In this document: positions 6,736 through 12,140 of the stretch, in pieces
Numbering within the stretch: the stretch's first letter is position 1
Layout: each line of letters starts with the position of its first letter
Assembly (NCBI GenBank): GCA_027053075.1
Contig: JALUEE010000066.1
Span: forward strand, 1 to 12,140
DNA: 12,140 nt
From: a candidate division WOR-3 bacterium
GTDB taxonomy: Bacteria > Hydrothermota > Hydrothermia > B15-G9 > WFZT01
Direction: 5' to 3'
The notes under the pieces: generated by a model
Seen by the model: the letters and a program-made list of their open reading frames with translations, nothing else
The model's database searches: none
Told to the model about the DNA's origin: nothing
Made by a program: the position numbers and the translations under genes

Positions 6736-8031
6736 ATGCACACATTACTGGTTTTATCCCCTTTTATCATCCTCATAATACTCCTTCTAATCAGGATTCC
6801 CGTGGGATTTGCTCTTATTATTGCAAGTATTATTGAATTTACGGTTACCGGCAATTTCTTTTACTTCAAGCTCATTCCACAGATTCTCTACAGCGCAATG
6901 GACAAATACACCCTCCTTGCGATTCCATTCTTCATAATGACTGCTGAATTTCTAATCGGCGGGGAGATAGTTGACCTTTTATTCAGGCTCGCAGCCGCAT
7001 TTCTGGGCAAGCTTCCAGGTGGGGTCGGGATTGTTTCAATTGCTGCAACCATGCTTTTTGCAGGAATTCAGGGTTCAAGCGCGGCGGATGCGGCCGCAAT
7101 CGGGAGAATAGGAACCGAGGGCATGAAGGAAGAAGGGTATGACGATGGATTTGCTGCCTCTCTTATTGCGACATCCGGAACACTGGCAATTATGATTCCT
7201 CCAAGTATAGCTATGATAATCTACGGTAGTATTTCTCAAACCTCTATTGGAGCACTTTTTTACGCGGGGATAGTTCCGGGAGTTATTGCTGGTATCATCC
7301 TGATGATTTACACAGCAATTGTCTCTCAGAAGAGGGGGTATGGAAAGATTCGCGAGGTCTTTACAAATCGGGATAGGTGGAATTTATTTAAAAAATCTCT
7401 CGGGATTCTTGCCCTGCCAGTTATTGTTCTTTACGGATTCTACACCGGTAAGCTAACACCAACAGAGATCGGGACTGCCACTGCTGTTTATTCACTTATA
7501 ATCGGACTTTACCTCTATAAAACCATCACGTGGCGTGATGTACCAAAGATTTTATTAAGAACAACCTACACGACGGTAACGATTTTCATCATCATCGCCG
7601 GAGCAATCCTGTTTTCCAAGGTTTTAACACAGCTTAAAATCCCGTTTTTACTCTTTAATTTTGTTAAAACCCACCATCTGGCGCCATGGGAATTCCTGAT
7701 TTTTGTAAGTGTAGTTCTGTATTTTCTTGGAATGTTTATGGAAGGGGTGGCGCTTAATGTAATGACCACACCTATTCTTGTTCCCATTGCGGTTGCTCTT
7801 GGAATTAACCCTGTCCATTACGGTATCGTCCTCATCTTCAATATTGAAATTGCACTGATTTCGCCACCAGTGGGGCTAAACCTCTTTGTGCTTTCGGCAG
7901 CGACTGATGTTTCACTTGAAAAATTGTACAGAAATATCTGGCCTTTCGTGCTGATCTTGATAGCAAACCTGCTCTTAATTATTTTCTATCCCCAGATATG
8001 TCTATTCTTGCCCAAAATGATATTAAAGTAG
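6736..8031 (+). CDS. dctM: TRAP transporter large permease (DctM family)
   Basis: 431 aa polytopic membrane protein with LLAIPFF, GSSAADAAAIG, IPPSI, GINPVHYG and ISPPVGLNLF motifs. Confidence 0.95.
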   Translation: MHTLLVLSPFIILIILLLIRIPVGFALIIASIIEFTVTGNFFYFKLIPQILYSAMDKYTLLAIPFFIMTAEFLIGGEIVDLLFRLAAAFLGKLPGGVGIVSIAATMLFAGIQGSSAADAAAIGRIGTEGMKEEGYDDGFAASLIATSGTLAIMIPPSIAMIIYGSISQTSIGALFYAGIVPGVIAGIILMIYTAIVSQKRGYGKIREVFTNRDRWNLFKKSLGILALPVIVLYGFYTGKLTPTEIGTATAVYSLIIGLYLYKTITWRDVPKILLRTTYTTVTIFIIIAGAILFSKVLTQLKIPFLLFNFVKTHHLAPWEFLIFVSVVLYFLGMFMEGVALNVMTTPILVPIAVALGINPVHYGIVLIFNIEIALISPPVGLNLFVLSAATDVSLEKLYRNIWPFVLILIANLLLIIFYPQICLFLPKMILK

Positions 8032-8096
8032 CTCACAGGCTTCATTTCAAACAATCTACCCAAAAGTTTAGAATTTTTAGATTTTAAAGAGGAATT

Positions 8097-8155
8097 CCCC
8101 TACCTTTCTCCTCCCCCCGCATGAATTTGATTGCGGGGGGAGGTAAGGAGAGGGG
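8097..8155. repeat. GC-rich inverted repeat after dctM (REP-like palindrome or operon-end hairpin)
   Basis: Perfect 12-bp stem CCTCCCCCCGCA (8110-8121) / TGCGGGGGGAGG (8132-8143), 10-nt loop, extended imperfectly by CCCCT (8097-8101) / AGGGG (8151-8155). Confidence 0.6.
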
Positions 8156-8535
8156 CTACAATTTCTGATCAAACTCTTTCTCAGAACGGAAGAAGGTCAG
8201 GCTGAGGACTTTCATCAAAATTTTTTAAGCATTACGTCTCCTTTGAATTCTCTATTCACTTTGTAGACGAGAGAATAATCCAGGTCAACAAAATGAGTCC
8301 ATGGAAAGCGAATTTTCGAACACATTCGAGAACATATAAACTTGCTTTATTTTGAGACAACAGGAGTGTGATATTCAAAAGCGTTCCACATATGGTCATT
8401 AATGGGATGTTCTGGCATAAATTTATCAACTATAGACCTGAGACACTCATAGCAAGAAAAGGCAAAATGATTCAGAGTTTCAGATATACTCTACAGTACT
8501 GTTAAACTACTCTTACTCTCAGGCTGGTCTTTTTA

Positions 8536-8564
8536 TTGCTTTGTTAATCCTGTAAACTTAAAAT
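8536..8564 (+). promoter_or_regulatory. Putative sigma70-type promoter of pilB-pilT-pilC
   Basis: TTGCTT (8536-8541), 17 nt, TAAAAT (8559-8564), followed by SD GGAGGTG (8573-8579) and GTG at 8584. Confidence 0.55.
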
Positions 8565-8583
8565 TACTTACCGGAGGTGGATT

Positions 8584-10275
8584 GTGAATGATGGAACACT
8601 TTTAAATCTGCTTGTTAGAACCGGAAAAGTCCAGATTACTGAAACAAAAAAGATTTTAGAGCGCGCAAAGAAGGTCGGCAGTATCAAAAAGGCTGTCATT
8701 GACCTTGGTCTTGTCTCAGAAGACGAGCTCATAGACATTATCTCGCAATACCTGAAGATTCAAAAATTTGATGGAAAAGTTCCAACCATTGACGAAAAGG
8801 TCCTTCAGATTCTTCCAAAGGATTTTGTTCAGAAGTTCAGGATCGTTCCATTTGCCAAGATGGGGAAGATACTACGCGTATTGATCGATGACCTGAAAAG
8901 CTTAAATCATCTCGAGGATATAAAATTCCTGACCGGGCTTAATCCCGAAGTTTACATCACCAAATCCTCCATCATTGACGCCCTGCTTGAAAAGTATTAC
9001 GGAGGCGATCTTGACCTCATGCCCACTTCTCTTGAAAGTGAGCTTGTGGAGATTGTCAGTGAGGATACGGAGGAGAAGACTGAGAAGGAAGTCGCTGAGC
9101 TCGTTGAAGAGGCGCCACTTGTAAAATTTGTGAATGGAATTATTATCAACGCGGTAAAAAGGCACGCTTCTGATATCCACGTTGAGCCCTACGAAAAGAA
9201 GCTGAGGATTCGATACAGGATAGATGGCGTACTCCAGGAGGTTATGAGCCCTCCAGTGAAGCTTAAAGATGCCATTGTTTCGCGAATCAAGATCATGGCA
9301 CACCTTAATATTGCTGAGAGAAGGCTTCCGCAGGATGGCCACATAAAGATGAGGCTTCCCAACGGGAAAACCATAGATTTAAGGGTATCAACACTTCCCA
9401 CGTTGTTTGGCGAAAAGGTGGTGATGAGGGTACTGGACAAATCTGCCCTTACCCTTGACCTATCGAAGCTCGGCTTCGAGCCAAAGCCGCTTGAGCAATT
9501 TTTGCATGCTATCAAAAGACCGTACGGGATGGTACTTGTAACAGGTCCCACAGGAAGTGGTAAAACAACAACCCTTTATTCCGCACTCTCAATTTTAAAT
9601 AAACCTGAAGTCAACATCATGACGGCCGAAGACCCGGTAGAGTATGATTTTCCCGGTATCAACCAGGTCAATATCAGGGAGGATATTGGACTTACATTTG
9701 CATCGGCCCTGCGGGCGTTCTTAAGGCAGGACCCGGACATTATCATGGTAGGTGAGATTCGTGACCATGAAACTGCCTCTATAGCAATAAAGGCAGCTCT
9801 CACAGGTCACCTTGTACTTTCCACACTCCACACCAATGATGCGCCAAGTGCAATCACAAGGCTCATTGACATGGGTATTGAGCCGTATCTGGTAGCCTCA
9901 TCCCTCAATCTTGTTGTCGCTCAAAGGCTTATGAGGAAAATCTGCTCCAACTGTAAGGTCCCGACCGAGGTTCATCCCGAAGCCCTCAGGGAGATTGGTC
10001 TTGATCCCGAAAAGGTCAAAGACTGGACATTTTACAAAGGAAAAGGATGCAGTGAATGTAATGGTACCGGCTATAAGGGGAGAATTGGTATTTATGAGGT
10101 CTTGACCATCTCACCTGAAATACGAGAGATGATTTTGAACAAAGCGCCCCTCGATGAAATAAAGAAGAAGGCCATTGAGCAGGGTATGATCACCCTGAGG
10201 CAGGCCGCTATACTTAAACTCAAGAGAGGTCTTACTACAGTTGATGAAGTTCTGAGGGTAACAACGGAGGAGTAA
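8584..10275 (+). CDS. pilB: Type IV pilus assembly ATPase PilB
   Basis: ASDIHVEP, IAERRLPQDG, Walker A GPTGSGKTT, TAEDPVE, LRQDPDIIMVGEIRD, His box TGHLVLSTLH, Zn-binding CSNC/CSEC. Upstream of pilT and pilC. Confidence 0.95.
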   Translation: MNDGTLLNLLVRTGKVQITETKKILERAKKVGSIKKAVIDLGLVSEDELIDIISQYLKIQKFDGKVPTIDEKVLQILPKDFVQKFRIVPFAKMGKILRVLIDDLKSLNHLEDIKFLTGLNPEVYITKSSIIDALLEKYYGGDLDLMPTSLESELVEIVSEDTEEKTEKEVAELVEEAPLVKFVNGIIINAVKRHASDIHVEPYEKKLRIRYRIDGVLQEVMSPPVKLKDAIVSRIKIMAHLNIAERRLPQDGHIKMRLPNGKTIDLRVSTLPTLFGEKVVMRVLDKSALTLDLSKLGFEPKPLEQFLHAIKRPYGMVLVTGPTGSGKTTTLYSALSILNKPEVNIMTAEDPVEYDFPGINQVNIREDIGLTFASALRAFLRQDPDIIMVGEIRDHETASIAIKAALTGHLVLSTLHTNDAPSAITRLIDMGIEPYLVASSLNLVVAQRLMRKICSNCKVPTEVHPEALREIGLDPEKVKDWTFYKGKGCSECNGTGYKGRIGIYEVLTISPEIREMILNKAPLDEIKKKAIEQGMITLRQAAILKLKRGLTTVDEVLRVTTEE

Positions 10276-10276
10276 A

Positions 10277-11359
10277 TTGGCAGTTACAATCAGGGAACTC
10301 CTTGAAAAAATGGTAGATTTAAACGCCTCGGACCTACATATAAGTGCCGGGGCACCTCCTGTTTTAAGGATAAATCAAAAGCTCATTCCAATGCGACAGT
10401 TCCCGGTCCTTACTGGTAATGACACGCGACTGCTCGTTTACAACATCCTGACAGAGTTTCAGAAAAAGAAGTTTGAGGAAAATAGGGAGCTGGATTTTGC
10501 GATATCTATACCAAAGTTGAGCAGATTCAGGGCGAATGCATTTTTCCAGAGGGGGACCGTAGCAATAGCCATCAGGCGAATACCAATAGAAGTACCCTCT
10601 GCAGAAAAGCTTGGACTTCCCAAAGCTATCATTGATTTCACAAACCATAACACAGGGCTTGTTCTGGTCACAGGGCCCACGGGTAGTGGTAAATCTACCA
10701 CTCTTGCCGCAATGATCGACAAGATTAACACTGATAGAGCTGTACATATTATCACAGTGGAAGACCCTATCGAGTATCTTCACAAAAACAAGAAATCCAT
10801 AGTTGTTCAAAGAGAAGTGGGTCAGGATACGCTGACATTTGCAAACGCTTTAAAGTACGCATTGAGGCAGGACCCGGACATCATCATGGTGGGTGAGATG
10901 AGAGACCTTGAAACCATTGAAGCAGCTCTTACCGCCGCAGAAACCGGTCATCTCGTCCTCGCAACCCTTCATACAAGCTCAGTGGCAGAAACGGTCAACC
11001 GAATGATAGATGTTTTTCCACCCCACCAGCAGGATCAGGTCAGAGTCCAGATATCTCAGGTATTGAGAGGGGCTGTTTCTCAAAAACTCCTGCCAAGAGC
11101 TGACGGGAAAGGAATGGTTCTTGCCACTGAGATAATGGTCGTAACTCCGGCTATCAGGACAATGATTAGAGAATCGAGAATCCACGAGATTTACGGAGTC
11201 ATCCAGACCAATAGAAAACTGGGAATGATGACCATGAACATGTCTTTACTCGAACTTTTGAAGAAGAAATTAATCACATTTGACGTGGCTATTCTGAACT
11301 CACCGAACAAGGAAGAGCTTGAAAGAATGTACAAACAAAACGTGCTGATAGGTCGATAA
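10277..11359 (+). CDS. pilT: Type IV pilus retraction ATPase PilT
   Basis: TTG start with SD GGAGGAG, ASDLH, Walker A GPTGSGKST, EDPIEY, VGEMRDLET, ETGHLVLATLH, and the AIRNLIRE-like helix AIRTMIRE. Confidence 0.95.
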   Translation: MAVTIRELLEKMVDLNASDLHISAGAPPVLRINQKLIPMRQFPVLTGNDTRLLVYNILTEFQKKKFEENRELDFAISIPKLSRFRANAFFQRGTVAIAIRRIPIEVPSAEKLGLPKAIIDFTNHNTGLVLVTGPTGSGKSTTLAAMIDKINTDRAVHIITVEDPIEYLHKNKKSIVVQREVGQDTLTFANALKYALRQDPDIIMVGEMRDLETIEAALTAAETGHLVLATLHTSSVAETVNRMIDVFPPHQQDQVRVQISQVLRGAVSQKLLPRADGKGMVLATEIMVVTPAIRTMIRESRIHEIYGVIQTNRKLGMMTMNMSLLELLKKKLITFDVAILNSPNKEELERMYKQNVLIGR

Positions 11360-12140
11360 TGCCAACGTTTGTCTGGCAGGGAACACAGTCAGGAAAAATC
11401 GTTAAAGGCACCATAAGAGCGAAAAATGTAAATGAGGCTGTAGATAAGCTTCGCTCCAAGGGTATTGGAGTATTTGAAATTCGTGAGAAACCTGGAGGGT
11501 TTTCTCTCTTTGGTGGTGTTTCCTACCGAGACCTCTCAATTGTAACAAGGCAGTTTTCCACCATGCTGAACGCCGGCATACCCGTGGTGGAAACCCTCTT
11601 CATCCTTGCAGAGCAAACTTCCAATAAAAGGCTTAAAAACATTTTGATTGACATCAGGACTGAGGTGGAGCAGGGTAAAACCCTCACATCGGCAATGAAA
11701 AAATATTCAAAGGTATTTGGGCCGCTCGCCATTAGCATGATAGAGGTAGGAGAGACCGGGGGTATCCTTGCAGAAACCCTTATGAAAATTTCAGAGCATT
11801 ATGAAAAGATTTACAAGCTCAGGTCAAAGATTAAATCCGCAATGGCCTATCCTGTTGTAATTTTCTTTATCGCCATCATAGTTGTCTTGATACTTCTGAT
11901 TTTCCTCATTCCAACCTTTGCGTCACTCTACGAAAGTGTTGGAATGAAACTCCCCGGCCCAACGCAGTTTGTCATGAATTTAAGCAACTACCTGCGACAC
12001 AACATAATTTACCTCACTGTGGGAACGATAGTAGTGGCATACGCTTTCAAGCGATGGAAAAATTCTCCGGGCGGTAAGAAAATCTGGGACAACATCGTTC
12101 TGAGAATGCCGATTTTCGGTAATTTAATAAAGAAAAACGC
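11359..12140 (+). CDS. pilC: Type IV pilus inner membrane platform protein PilC (T2SSF family), 3' truncated by the window
   Basis: Absent from the ORF track because there is no stop in the window. ATG at 11359 overlaps the pilT stop (TAATG). Manual translation gives MPTFVWQG...TRQFSTMLNAGIP...VEQGKTL...EVGETGGIL...KIKSAMAYP...IPTF, typical of PilC/GspF. Confidence 0.93.
   Translation, partial: MPTFVWQGTQSGKIVKGTIRAKNVNEAVDKLRSKGIGVFEIREKPGGFSLFGGVSYRDLSIVTRQFSTMLNAGIPVVETLFILAEQTSNKRLKNILIDIRTEVEQGKTLTSAMKKYSKVFGPLAISMIEVGETGGILAETLMKISEHYEKIYKLRSKIKSAMAYPVVIFFIAIIVVLILLIFLIPTFASLYESVGMKLPGPTQFVMNLSNYLRHNIIYLTVGTIVVAYAFKRWKNSPGGKKIWDNIVLRMPIFGNLIKKN

Noticed and set aside
8412..8428. Possible sigma54 promoter (TGGCAT) upstream of pilB
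   Set aside because: The -12 position reads TC rather than the conserved GC.
8368..8505. 45-aa small ORF (GTG ATA TTC...TGT TAA) in the intergenic gap
   Set aside because: AGGAG is only 1 nt from the GTG and there is no recognisable motif or hydrophobic segment. An ORF of this length is expected by chance.
8450..8530. Possible c-di-GMP-I riboswitch (GGCAAA) upstream of pilB
   Set aside because: I could not find the GNRA-capped stem or the downstream GCAAA/P3 elements.
299..11738. Antisense and alternate-frame ORFs in the track (e.g. 299-598, 989-1360, 6189-6383, 6193-6741, 8902-9342, 10364-10810, 11523-11738)
   Set aside because: They lie wholly or largely over well-supported + strand genes and show no recognisable motifs, so they are treated as shadow ORFs.
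1..12140. CRISPR arrays, tRNA/rRNA genes, transposases or integrases
   Set aside because: No spaced direct repeats, RNA gene signatures or mobile-element ORFs were seen.

Overview
Bacterial genomic window with two + strand modules. (1) 185-8031 is a tightly packed nine-gene operon: a GntR/FadR regulator, a complete but non-canonical four-subunit complex II (SdhABCD/FrdABCD-like), a PrpF-family isomerase and a TRAP transporter (DctPQM). It follows a near-consensus sigma70 promoter overlapped by a GntR-type palindrome. The flavoprotein keeps the catalytic His/Arg residues but has Cys where the covalent-FAD His normally sits and His at the Gln/Glu directionality position. The Fe-S subunit has ligands for two [4Fe-4S] clusters. 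With PrpF and a divergent DctP, this suggests (inference) a dedicated uptake, isomerase and quinone-linked oxidoreductase module for a carboxylate other than succinate/fumarate, e.g. aconitate/tricarballylate or itaconate/mesaconate/methylsuccinate. (2) 8584-12140 is an ordinary type IV pilus pilB-pilT-pilC cluster, with pilC cut off by the window edge. A divergent gene probably starts at the left edge.
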